Below are positions 52,801 to 64,000 of a stretch of 64,000 nucleotides of DNA, in pieces (position 1 is the stretch's first letter; every line of letters begins with the position of its first letter). The DNA is from Phoronis australis. Its lineage: Eukaryota > Animalia > Phoronida. A program made the translations under genes and the position numbers. The notes below the pieces were generated by a model. That model made no database searches. It saw only the letters and a list, made by a program, of their open reading frames with translations, and was not told the origin of the DNA. The stretch is taken from NCBI GenBank assembly GCA_002633005.1, contig NMRA01000414.1, positions 310,001-374,000 of the forward strand, in the 5' to 3' direction.

Positions 52801-55800
52801 GGTTGAATGGGTGTTCAGATGGGAAGCCAAGAGGGAACGATATGGAGCTGAAATTAATTCATGGGATGAGATCCAAATTGCTATTTTAAGAACACAAAAC
52901 ACATAACCAAACATAAAGAAAACAACATTAACGCAAGAGCTGACAAGCGTTGCAGGCCTGGCTATTCATAATCCGTAAGGAATAACAAAACAATTATCTT
53001 CTCAGCCAGGACAACAAAACCTTTGTTGAACTGTGTTTAGTTACAAATGAAGTCCAACTGTTACAGTTGTACAACTAACAGTAGTGTTCACAAAGAACTG
53101 CTTCTACCGACCTTGCATGAAAAGTTCAAAAGGCTTATTGTGTGTGAACAACACTCATGATTTACAACCATCCGCCAAATTCTAAGCCCCTATACTCACT
53201 AGTTATCCTCTCCAAGCCCAAAAGGAGTTTAGAACGCTATGAAATATATCGTAATTGTAAATGAGTAAGATGGTTTGAAAATACTTTTTGTTTTTAACTA
53301 AGCCACAGACTGAAAGTTGTAGTTTATAAAAGTGATGATGTAACTTACATGGATATAAATATCCAAAGTGAATAATTCCGTTTCATGAAACCATGAATGT
53401 ACATCATTTATTGAATGAAACGTTACGTCATTCATGAACTGAATGTCAAAGTGACTAACTAAAAGACACCATACCCCCATAGTCACACTTGGGACACTTC
53501 CACGGGTCAAATTTCTGATGTGTTTTGAGGTGCAGTAAGAAATCCTTCTTTGTTCTCGCCTTAACATCACAGTGTTTACACTTCAGCCAGTAACCTGACC
53601 CTGAAAGACATGAAACACTAGCCACTCAAAGACTTTGTACAATTCGTAGTTATTAATTGGTAATATGTGAGTGATTCATACTTTCAACTATTTCATCATC
53701 ACTTCCAAATTCTGACATTGATTTAAGCTTGCCTGGAATAATGTTCATCTACACAACATACATCAAAAGCTTTTATATTTTCACACTTCACGATTTAGTA
53801 GAAGGATGACATTTGTGCCATTGGCAGTTACAGACTGATATGGTACGATTATTTTTTATGAAAACGTAAAAAGTACGAAACTAATCGCCAAATATGAAGA
53901 TTCTGAGAAATCAAAGCAAACCAGAGACTGTTCCACTTAACTCAAACCCCAACTAAAGACACATTTCAACAGTCTTTTTACTCGACAACATTTTTCAAAT
54001 TAAATCCATTTAAACAAATAGATCTGAAACCAATTTCCAAAATAAAACCTGCCTTGTGTCCTAGTCTGAGTCAGGGATGGAATAGCCTACACTATAGTGA
54101 TGTTAAAAATTTTTTAAAAAAAATGAAGCAACAGTACAAGACATGCACCTAACCTACCAGCCTGCTGTCGAGTATAGTGGTCCTCTAGTTTTTCTGTTGG
54201 TACTATTGTGTCCAGCAGCTTGACAAGCTCCGGGTCTGTGAGCACTGGACCCGGAGCAGCTCGTGTCCGCACAGTCCCACGTGACGTCATGGAGGATGCA
54301 CTGGGAAACCGAGGATCAGCGCACTTTTTCCGTCTTCCAGGTTTGCCGCGTTTGGCAGTCACCTGAAAAACAGTGGGACTCGATTGCTTGGCATCCATCA
54401 CTACTAAAAGCGTTAAATCCAACATTAAATAGTCCATCTTAACAAACAAAAAGGCCTGAGAAAAACTCACTTTCTTTAGATTTTAACACTAAGCATTGAT
54501 ATGCAATACCTCAAGTGTGCTCAGCATGAGTTTAATTAAGTGTGTGAAATTGAGTGAGTGTGGAATGAATGCAGAACTCAGAACTGATCGGGCTACCTTT
54601 CATAAAGCAACTGAAAAAATGACCTTTACTGTCCTGATTGAAACCAATTGCATGACGCGAGGAACAGTATCTTGAGAAAGAAAGTTCCTTACACGGCTTT
54701 TGAATGTGTTGAAAGACATGCTGTTCTCTTGGACAAATCCCTTCAATGACATGCTCTTTACTGACTTTCTTTCTTGAGAATGATAGCTGAACGCGATGTC
54801 TGAGCCAGAACGAAGTTCTGACATGCCATCGTCGTCGTCACTACAAGACACCTGATTATCGTCACTGTCCTCATCACCACCGTCATCACCTATCTCCTTT
54901 TTGAGAGCTTTGTAGCCAACGATGAAATCATCGTCTTGCTGCAAGACATTACATTAGATAACGAGACATAGAAAACTGCAATTATAATACACATAAAAAC
55001 AACCCATTCTAGTAAACACTTGACCAGGTGTCCTTGGTTGTACATCCAGAACTGAAAAACGCACGTAAAAAACAAACAGAAACCAAGATGAAATTTTCAT
55101 TACATGGTCCCTTTATTCTTCCATTAGTTTTTAATCAAGAAAAATACTTGATTGGCTAGAGTATCAATTTACGCTGTTGTTTTTGTTATTTGTATTTGTT
55201 GACTCGGACGTGCAGACAATTATTTACCATGTCCAACCTATTAACTCTGTTTACATACTTGGTCTTGTTTAGGTACAATTAACTCTGTTTACATACTTGG
55301 TCTTGTTTAGGTACAATTAACTTATTACCAAATCTTATGTACTGCACAGTACCTTGGCCTTAACTCGTCTTTTTGACCGCCTCACTCCAGAGTCCGTTAT
55401 CTCGGTGCCAGCATCAGAAAGGTCTGCCTGAGGAATCTAGTGAGCAAATTAATAAATAATTTGAACTTTACAAAGCCAACAGCCAGACAGTAAGCTTATC
55501 TCAAACTGTTTTGGTAGTGTGGTCATGAAGAGACTAGAGCATATTATCTTCAACTCACATCAAAATTTACAGCAGACTTTGTAACAAAAATATAGCTTAA
55601 AACATATTTACTAAAGAAGTAAACCTAACCAAGGCTTATAGTTGTGTTACATCACTGGTAACACAGAATTCTTATTAAAAAAGCAAGTAGTAACTTTCTA
55701 TCTCCGAATTTAACTGGAAATGACAAACAACTAAAGCTGATAAGTGATTTTGTTATACCTCAGGTGAACTAGTGCTGGTCCCTGTTAGTGATTTTTCATG

Positions 55801-58642
55801 AGGACTTGGATTTACGACAGAATTTGAAGTTGGAGATAAATTTGATGAAGTGACATCAGACTCTGACTTCTTTTTCGGTGGTCTGCCTCTCTTACACGCA
55901 GGAAAGTCACTTGGCTTTTTAGCTGCACTTTTCTTCTTCTGGACTGTGATCTGGAGGTAATGGAACTGATGGCTAACACATGACATTGAAACTCCCAGTG
56001 TCACGCAGGCAATGCGTTTCAAAGAGGATTAAAAACAATGGAGGGTAATTGGTTGAATAGTAGCATTATATTAAATGGGACTAAAACTGACAAGGTCACT
56101 ACACTCGTTTAAGTGAAGAAAACTGACATTGACTAGACCAAATATTTCAATTTTAGGGCAGTAGCTGAGAAAAAGTTTTGGGTAAAAGGACCACAATTCC
56201 TTAAATTTTGGGGACAGGAGCTGCATTGACAGATTCCAAAAGTGTCCCTTTATGCTCAGAAGGTATCTGTAACAACATAACTTTAAATGTTTAGCCAGTG
56301 TAACGAGTAACTACAGGAAAACCTTCCAGCGTGTGGCAGCAATACATGATGACTACTGTCTGAGTCAGCTTTGCTGGCCCAGTTCAGATGGTGGTAGTCA
56401 ACCGGCGAACATGTGAGTTTTAGGACATCAGGGCTCGACATAAGCAAGTACACGCTTGTTAATACGAGCAGAAAATTAAAGCAAAATATGAGTGAGAAAT
56501 TATTATTTCAATGAGCGCAGAGCAGATGTTTAGCAATTTTTTGGTTGTCACTTTTCACGAGTGCAAATCTGGAAATATGAGTGTAGAATATGCAGTCACT
56601 CGTATTTTCGAGCGGGCATTTTTGCCTGTATCGAGCGTTGCATGTGACCATCTCAATAAGTAGTGTTAGATCTACACAGTATACAAGCGAGGGGACACAT
56701 TGCATAACACTGAATTTACATACAGTCAGTGTGGCAGTTGCAGATCAGTAATCAAGCCTGTGACACTAGTGTACGACTACTAAATGACCAAATAAGTCCA
56801 CAGTACATTGTATTAGTACAAAAGTTTTCTTCTTTCAGATGATTTGCATATTTCAAAGAATTAAATAAAAATAGTAGATGATTTTGAGTTTCTATCAACT
56901 TCTCTATGTCAGCTCATTGATGCCATTTTCGTATCAAACAATAAAAACAGCTGACTCTTAGTCACAGTAAAGACTAAACAAATGTTTCAGTTCATCAAAT
57001 ATCAAACCAGACACTAAGTTGAAACACTTTTTCTAAGATTCATTTTTGGATTTGGAGCAGTAACACTGCTGAAAAGTAAAGCTCCATTCATACCCAACTG
57101 GCGGTCACCTCCGTAACATAAACTTCAGGTTGAGGTGGCAAATTCCAATAAAATGTTTTCTGGAAAATTATTCGTCCTAGGTTACATGATTAAATGATTT
57201 AATCATTAATGAGATTCAGACTTATATGGTTCCAAATGTTTTTTTTTTGTGAAATTCCAGGTACTATTAGTGACCATGAAATATTTTGTGTTTGCCTTGT
57301 GGCACACTAGGCAATGTCACCAGCTGCTCTAAAACTTTCAGATTTTGTGCGAAGAGACAGAACAACTCATGATGACTGAGATGAGTTTACTTATTCCTTC
57401 AAAGTTATTCCAATATTTAGTAAATTATCTGCGAAGTTACTCTGAACTGAAATGGCTGGGAAATGGGACATTGTTACCATGGGACACTGTTGCCATGGGA
57501 CACTGTTGCCATGGGACACTGTTGCCATGGGACACTGTTGCCATGGCAATGATTCGATGCCACACATCACAGGCAGTTGAAATAATCTATTCTTCGATCA
57601 TCACTGACGTCACTCACTACATAACAGAACATAAAGGACAATAAAAATCGGTTTGCTCAGAATTTTCTACTCAAATGTGCATGCAGCATCCAACAAAACT
57701 TTGAATACTTTCTTTCACTCGATCACATCAAATTGTTTTCAAGTGATGATTTGGCGACAAAAATTTCAAAAAAACCCCCAACCAGTCATGAATTCAAGCT
57801 GGCTATTTTGTGATGCTCATGGCAGCTGACGATCTTCGTACACATCCGAATTTACCACAGACGCTCCCGAAACAATTCCAAAGCTCGATTCGCACAACTA
57901 TGAATGTTATTTGAATGACCTCCACATCAGTTAGCCTTAGTTTGAATGTATTTAAATTCTGGTTTTGTAAAATTAATTGTTTATGACCGAAGAACCACGT
58001 AGCCATAGCCTACTGCGAAATCCGACAGGTCATTTATGGTCGGACATCGGAAATCTCCGCCTAAAGCCGAGTGTTCAGATTAGGGACAGCTGAAGTTGGG
58101 TTTTTAGGCCACAGGAGTATTTAATCTAAGCTTAGGCTAGGCAAAGTTTTAGAGTCCAATCCTGAATGCTGTGGCAGTGCCACAGGCAGTGGCTGTGCCA
58201 AGGATGAAGACGGTAAAAAATAAATCAATCAGCACCAACTAAATGAGCAACCTGTATCTGTTGTTTTCCTCCACTTGCATATTCCGGTAACACAAATTCA
58301 AAGAAATCGTCGCCAATCGTTGCGTCTACCGTTATTTCATTACCTAAAACGAAAATAGTAAGAAATAAAATTTTTGCAAAGCCTGCAGACGAACCTTTCA
58401 GCAATTTGACAAAAATAAGATAAAGACAGTGTGATTATTGTTAAGATGTAATGCTACAAAACGTAACGGTAAGTTGGCGGAATTTGAAATAAAGTATGTC
58501 AAGAAACACAATATATACCAGCAGAATCCTTAGCTAAAATGCACGGCAAATTTTGGGAGGAAAAGCTAGACTTTGAGTAACCCATAGCACAAAAAGGAAT
58601 TCGAAGTTTCATCGGTGCACTCCCATCGTTCGACGACGCCAT
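42885..58642 (-). CDS. Multi-C2H2 zinc-finger protein (~17 fingers) with N-terminal AT-hook and acidic tail, ~18 exons
   Basis: Phase-consistent exons 58642-58582, 58343-58252, 55950-55759 (KRGRPPKK AT-hook), 55436-55353, 54938 to an uncertain donor (~54852 or ~54624), 54362-54158, 53600-53475, 52847-52747, 51840-51609, 50512-50277, 49178-49061, 48709-48606, 47580-47465, 46984-46807, 46417-46225, 45592-45492, 44242-44162, 43145-42885. Canonical CxxC..HxxxH fingers with TGIKPF/ERPY linkers. Confidence 0.9.
46731..46800 (+). repeat. (CACG)n(CA)n microsatellite
   Basis: Seen directly, adjacent to the exon donor at 46806. Confidence 0.95.
47627..47839. mobile_element. Tc1/mariner-pogo-like MITE, 213 bp, TA target duplication
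   Basis: TA|CCGTAATAGTTCGGGTTAACGCCC ... GGGCGTTAACCCGAACGATTACGG|TA, with internal GGGCGGTTAA repeats. Confidence 0.85.
49206..50251 (+). mobile_element. Helentron-associated (HINE/DINE-1-like) element with an internal satellite array
   Basis: About 150-bp monomers in a ~452-bp trimeric higher-order repeat, a (CGGA)n microsatellite near 50196, and a terminal hairpin ATGCGTCCACAT-ATAAAT-ATGTGGGCGCAT at 50220-50249. The 5' end is obscured by the N at 49205. Confidence 0.8.
50669..50760 (+). mobile_element. 3' tail of a non-LTR retroelement or SINE
   Basis: Stem-loop GAGGGCCCCATGG...ATGGGTCTACCCTC followed by a (TAAA)n tail. Confidence 0.55.
52287..52359 (-). mobile_element. Degenerate tRNA-like SINE head
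   Basis: GGCTAAGTGGTGTGGTAGTTAGAGTACTGGACTGACAATCTAAAGGTCCCTAGTTCAATCCCACCTTCTACCA has tRNA length and A/B-box remnants, but its stems do not pair. Confidence 0.55.
55281..55322 (+). repeat. Second copy of a ~38-bp tandem duplication (first copy from ~55241)
   Basis: TTAACTCTGTTTACATACTTGGTCTTGTTTAGGTACAA repeated twice. Confidence 0.85.
57464..57546 (+). repeat. 16-bp minisatellite (GGGACACTGTTGCCAT) x5
   Basis: Seen directly. Confidence 0.9.
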
Positions 58643-58728
58643 TTTTCTTGGGACAGGGGAGATAATGTAAATTGCAAGCAGCTTCCGCAAAAAATGACAG
58701 GAGCGATTTTCAAAATGATAGTAGCAGG
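58643..58728. promoter_or_regulatory. Very compact bidirectional promoter region (ZF gene / WRAP73)
   Basis: 86 bp between divergent start codons. YY1-like AAAATGGCG at the ZF start and ETS-like CTTCCG near 58682. Confidence 0.65.
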
Positions 58729-61700
58729 ATGAATTTTTCCGAAACTTTCAAACAAACGGGACAGTTTTGTAGATTTTCTCCAGACGGAGTCTTCATAGTA
58801 AGTGCACCACTCGAACATGTTTGACCACTCAGATACGAGCATATTTACATATGTACCTCGTTCGCTTGCTGAAGCAGTTGCTACTGCATGGCGCTGGACG
58901 TTTAACTGTTTGACCATTGTCATTACATTGCCATTGGCATTGCCGTTGAGTATTATTCCTGGTATGGTGAAGCAGAGTCAATGTTACGTGGCTAGTGTAG
59001 TGAAAAAGCACCTTGACAAAATTTCGAATTCGGCACTTCTTGCTTCAATGCCAGGATCTTTAACCAGTCGACCAAGGCAAAGAGCAATTGCCCTCAGGTT
59101 CAGCTGTTTGTGCTGCCCTTACCACTTTATACTATGTATAGAATGCAGGTTATCTAAACTTGACGCAGGACACTTGAAGTCTAGTAAACTAGAATACAAT
59201 AATATTTATTCTATGCAAATAGCTATGAGTACGTCTTGACGCTTTCAAAGTCCAAGCACAAGTATTACTAAAATTACTAGAACTAGCGTATCTCAGTCCA
59301 CCCTGAACTCTACAAACTACTGCATGCTAGCTAATATATAGATATACGTATCCAGTGACTATCCCAAGTCACACGCACATCAATAGCACATCTGACACTC
59401 TGACTTCACGGTGGCAACTCCCTAACTCTAAACTTCTGCTCTATATATTCTAAAACTCCCGGGATGTATTGTATCTTCTGAGTGATGTCACTGCCATAGA
59501 TTTGCTGGAGTACATTCACTACAGCCCGTAGGCGAGTGATTAAGACAGGTCTTTATATTACACTCACTGCAGATTCACCAAATTAGTCATTCCAGGTCAT
59601 CACTGCTCACTGTGAGCATGTGTAGCACACCTTCTCCATTAAATTTCAGAAATGAGTGTGGAATCACTGGGTTCTTAGTGACAAAAACAAAGTTGATACA
59701 ACTTGGCACCAAATAGCTGTGGCAATTAAGACTTCCATACTTTTAAAATTTTTTTGACATGCGACAAATTGTGACTCGCCATTAAACACAAATCCACGTT
59801 CTGGAATTGTCTTTATCCACTTATTGCTGCCTTATGTTATATTAATTAATGCATTGTCTTTATCCACCTATTGCTGCTTTGCGCTATGTGAATGAATGCA
59901 TTGTCTTGTTATATTTTAGGCTAATGCTGTCCAGTACCGCCTGATCATCCGTGATGTGAAAACACTTCAAATAGTCCATCTCTTCACATGCCTGGATGCC
60001 ATTCAGTACATTGAGGTGATGAGTTGCATCAAAACTGGGCATCAGATTCTGCAAATGTGCTAATGGTCTGATATCATGTGCCCCAATTTTGAGAACCAGT
60101 TTTCTCCACTGAATAACGGGCATCAAACTGGTTCCCAAAACTAGAGGCACATTACATCAGATTATTGCTTCAAATGTGGACAGTTTAATTAGAGCTACAT
60201 TTCCTGCTGGTTAGATGTCGACATCATAACTAAGTCACTCTACAAAATAGGTCACAAAGAGCACTCAGGTCATTTACAAGTAGAAAGTAATTGAGAAAAT
60301 CATGGCTGGTCGACCTTTTCAAAACTTTCATAGTTTAATTCGATCACATGTTATCTCTCAGTTCCAGCTTAATGTTGAAATAATTATCATCCATTACAAA
60401 GAAATTCATAATTAAACCAGATTGAAAGACTTAAATAACATATTTTTTGATTTCATGGTTTGAATCATTGAATAAAAAAGAAGAACACATTTAATTTGTA
60501 AGCTGTTCTCACCTGTAATGACAGATGATAGTTCATTTTAAAGTCCTTGAAACTTTGGTTGAATGCTGTGACTTAACTGAGGGTGACTAACTGTAACCCT
60601 TTGAAAACTTGTTTTTGTTATTGTGAAGTTTTCACACACTCTAGTTTTCAGTTCTGCTTGAGAAGAAAATAAGTTTGACCAGTGTAATTAAAAATTAATG
60701 TACATGTATTGTTTATTTGCTCTTGCCCTACCCTCACTCCTCTGAGATGGGTGGGCCACTACTGGGCTGGGGGTAAATTCTTTATCTTGCTAAAACAGCA
60801 CTTTTTATTGTGGTCAGGGGTGTACTCATTTTTGCAGCTAAACATTTTTACAAGAGAAAAATGGAGTACTTCTTTCGTGAGATCGCAAATTGATTCTTCT
60901 GAATCATGTACACATTTTATGGTCAGTTACTTGATGCGAAACACAATTAATTTTAATCTGTACCTTTAGTGTGGTTACTTTTCCGTTGATGCAGTTTTAT
61001 GATTTTTGATGCAATGAAATTAGAAAATCTCTGCTAATCATTTTGTTTAATTTGTTATTCTTATATTGACTTAAGGTGACAGTATGCCAGTTCGATGTTG
61101 GATAAAATTCAAGAGACACGTAATGTTAAGAAGTTGAAGTTAGGAACAGTGTATACTTGGAGAGCAATCCCTTCTTTTAACAACTTTTTTAATAAATGGA
61201 AGTCAATGACTGTGTTTTAGTATTTAATGTTTGATCTACATGACAATTAATAATTGAGTTATCAATAACTCAAGAGTTTACTCATTCAAATAATTGTTAT
61301 GTAGGGTAAAATCTCACCAATTTAGGACACAACATGGCCGACAAGTGAAATTTTATTTTTTCATTTTTTTTATAAAATGTCAATAGCACAAAACAAGTGC
61401 TATTATATTTTTAGTGATCTATGCCATAGGTACCGTCTTGATAATGATTTTGAGAAATTGTAGGCATTGATAACAGTGTTAGGAACCTGAAAAAAATCAA
61501 TGTTGGCAATTATTTTGTCCGAAATTGGTGAGATGTTATCGTAATTAACTTTTGCCAACAAGTATCTCCTCAACAACTGCAATTAAGGACTGTGCTACTG
61601 TTGCTCTTGGTATCACAGTGGTCTCCTGACAGTTCACTGGTGCTATGTGGCATGTACAAGAGAGGTCTAGTACAAGTGTGGTCAGTGGAGCAGCCAGAGT

Positions 61701-63710
61701 GGACGTGTAAAATAGACGAGGGGTCAGCCGGAGTGACTGGTGTTAGGTGGAGCCCGGACAGTAGGCATGTACTGACCACTGCCGAGTTTGGAGTGAGTTC
61801 ATCCAACAAATTCTAATTCTAAATGAGTTGTTTTGTAAAAAGTCTTGATAAAATTTTGTTTTGGTGCAATGTTTTATTCTGATTTGGAACGTATGATCAA
61901 AAATTGTTAAAATGAATAAAGTTTTGATTGCTGATGTTTAAATGTTACTGCCACCCATTTTTTAACTGTGAGTGTGCTGTGTGAATTTTCGTTAGTATTA
62001 CCATAATATTGACTTCAATTTTTTGTAACATGTAACTGACAACAATGTTACATTCACATTTTGTGGTTAACGTCACAGGTGAACTCATGAGATGAATGCA
62101 ATTGTCATTAGAAATGTATTAATTTTTATTAAGGTGTTTATTCAGCTGTAAAACACTGTGTCCATTTTCTTTTGCAGCTGCGAATGACTGTGTGGTCTTT
62201 AGTCAACAAGTCAGTGTCATATATCAAGTATCCAAAACAGTGTCAAAAAGGTAAGGTTTAAATAATTCACCATGGCCTTCCCTATTCAATATTCACCAGC
62301 ATTTGGTGGTTTTAAGGTCACGCCGATAAGCGCCCCCTATTGTTCAGTTAGGCATACAAGTCAAACCTCCCCATTGTGTGGTCATTATTAATGATATTCA
62401 TCCCTGTCTCCTAATTCTAAGCAAAAGAATCTGGTCATAAACTCCAGGTGCTGTGTAATACAGCCATTGAAATCTCAACCCACGAAATACATTTAATTTC
62501 ATTTGTATGATTTAGGACCTAATAACTGGACTTTTCAGAATGTCTGATTCTTATAATATTTGGATGCTGAAAGCCACTTGTGCCTGATGAAGTGTTTTCT
62601 ATATTTTCTATGTAAAGAAATATGTCTTATCCTGATCATGTGGCATTTAAAATAGCAGTGAATCTCATAGATTAAACGGAGTTTGTTCTAGGAGCAAATT
62701 TATGAGATCTATAAATTAACGTTTTTTTTGTTGGAAAAGGACAATTTTAGTACTACAAACAGCAAGTTTTAACTCATAATGATTTCTGACAAGTGAAATT
62801 CAAGCCTTATCAGACTGAAGCCTGTCATTTAGTTAAACAATACCTGTTAAGCACTGGATCATAGTGAACCTTGTTTTACGTTATACGTTGCTATACAAAT
62901 GAACAGTCAATTGGTGTGATTTCTTTCAGGACTTGACTTTGATACAAGGGGAAAATATCTTGCTTTGGCAGAGAGAAGAGATTGTAAAGATTACATCAGT
63001 ATTTTTGATTGCACTTGTTGGCAGCTTGTGAAGGTATAATTGCAAATAGCATCATGTCCCATCAATACATTGTCACCAATAGGTGCCAGTCAATACTAAT
63101 GTGTGTTCGCACAGCTTCAGGATACTTTCAGTTTCCTGTCAAATTTTTTTACATTTGTCATTTCATTTTTTTGACTTATTAAGGTTTTTTTGGAAACAGT
63201 TCATTTAAATTTTGTGTATCAGATAAAAATATGGCCTTCTAACTGTTAATTTATTCACTTAAATCAGGGCTGAGGTCTGTGGACCCAAGGCATACGTGAA
63301 GCAGTTTTGGTGAAAAATAATTTTAGCTTATGGAATGGAGTTGATGAATTCCATCCCATGATTTAACATCCCAACCTCACCAACCAATCACTTCAGCGGC
63401 TGCCATTTTGCTGTAATATCCCAGTAAAGTACAGAGCACATGACTTGTGTAGATCACTTGTCTTCCACTTGAATGGTTTTGCATGTTTTTGCATTTTCAT
63501 GAGGGTCTTGCATCTACAGAATGCACCTCTGGCTGTTTTCCATATTGTGTACTATAGAAGAGTGCTATTCATCAGTTATGTTTTTTATATTTGTGCCAAG
63601 TGATACCTGTTTCATCTTCGTAGCATTTTGAGACGGACACTGATGACTTAGCAGGACTTTCGTGGTCACCAGATGGCAGGGTACTCTGTGTCTGGGAGAA
63701 CTGTCTGCAG
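58729..63710 (+). CDS. WRAP73: WD repeat-containing protein WRAP73 (WDR8), exons 1-6, continues beyond the window
   Basis: Exons 58729-58797, 59920-60015, 61619-61792, 62178-62250, 62930-63033, 63624-63710. They translate [86 protein letters not shown], closely matching vertebrate WRAP73 as recalled. Confidence 0.96.
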
Positions 63711-64000
63711 GTGAGGGTTCAATTTTACTGTTTACGTGCTTTGAATCAATTTTATTTTTTGCGCTTGGTAAATAACTTATTTGTTTTTGAAATACTTTCC
63801 TATCGTGGTCAGTCATTCATTCCAGGGCATTGTCATTTTTCTCATCACGTCGCTTTTAATAATTGTCATCAAACAATATGCTTTTATTGGGTTCTGGCAA
63901 AGTAGCTTGATTATTCATATCCTTGACCCTGCGTACCAGAATCTGTGTAGTTTTACAGGCGTTTGCATTAATGCTGTTCTTTCTTCATGAAAACAATTCA

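Noticed and set aside
57464-57546. CRISPR-like array
   Set aside because: Pure tandem 16-mers without spacers in a eukaryotic intron.
58802-59239. 145-aa ORF and the many other 60-135 aa ORFs in introns
   Set aside because: No domain signal, no phase-consistent splice context, and many have non-ATG starts; this is expected background.

Overview
Intron-rich animal genomic DNA, probably a marine invertebrate (lophotrochozoan- or deuterostome-like repeats), with single-N scaffold gaps at 3566, 6354, 7606, 30618 and 49205. Five protein-coding genes were reconstructed by hand from splice sites and reading phase: an orphan disordered protein (-), an SLC25A34/35-like mitochondrial carrier (-), a zf-3CxxC RTP/ZAR1-like protein with two candidate first exons (+), an AT-hook protein with about 17 C2H2 fingers (-), and WRAP73/WDR8 (+, runs off the window end). 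The last two are head-to-head, with start codons only 86 bp apart. There is an intact tRNA-Leu(CAG) and many non-autonomous mobile elements. The most unusual object is a 3.36-kb element at 6820-10176 with 50-bp CAC...GTG inverted repeats, a 6-bp flanking duplication and two convergent decayed C2H2 zinc-finger transcription units. Also notable are a Helentron-like element carrying six co-oriented CTCF-like motifs and a tRNA-headed element with a hammerhead-like core. All family assignments come from motif recognition; no searches were run.
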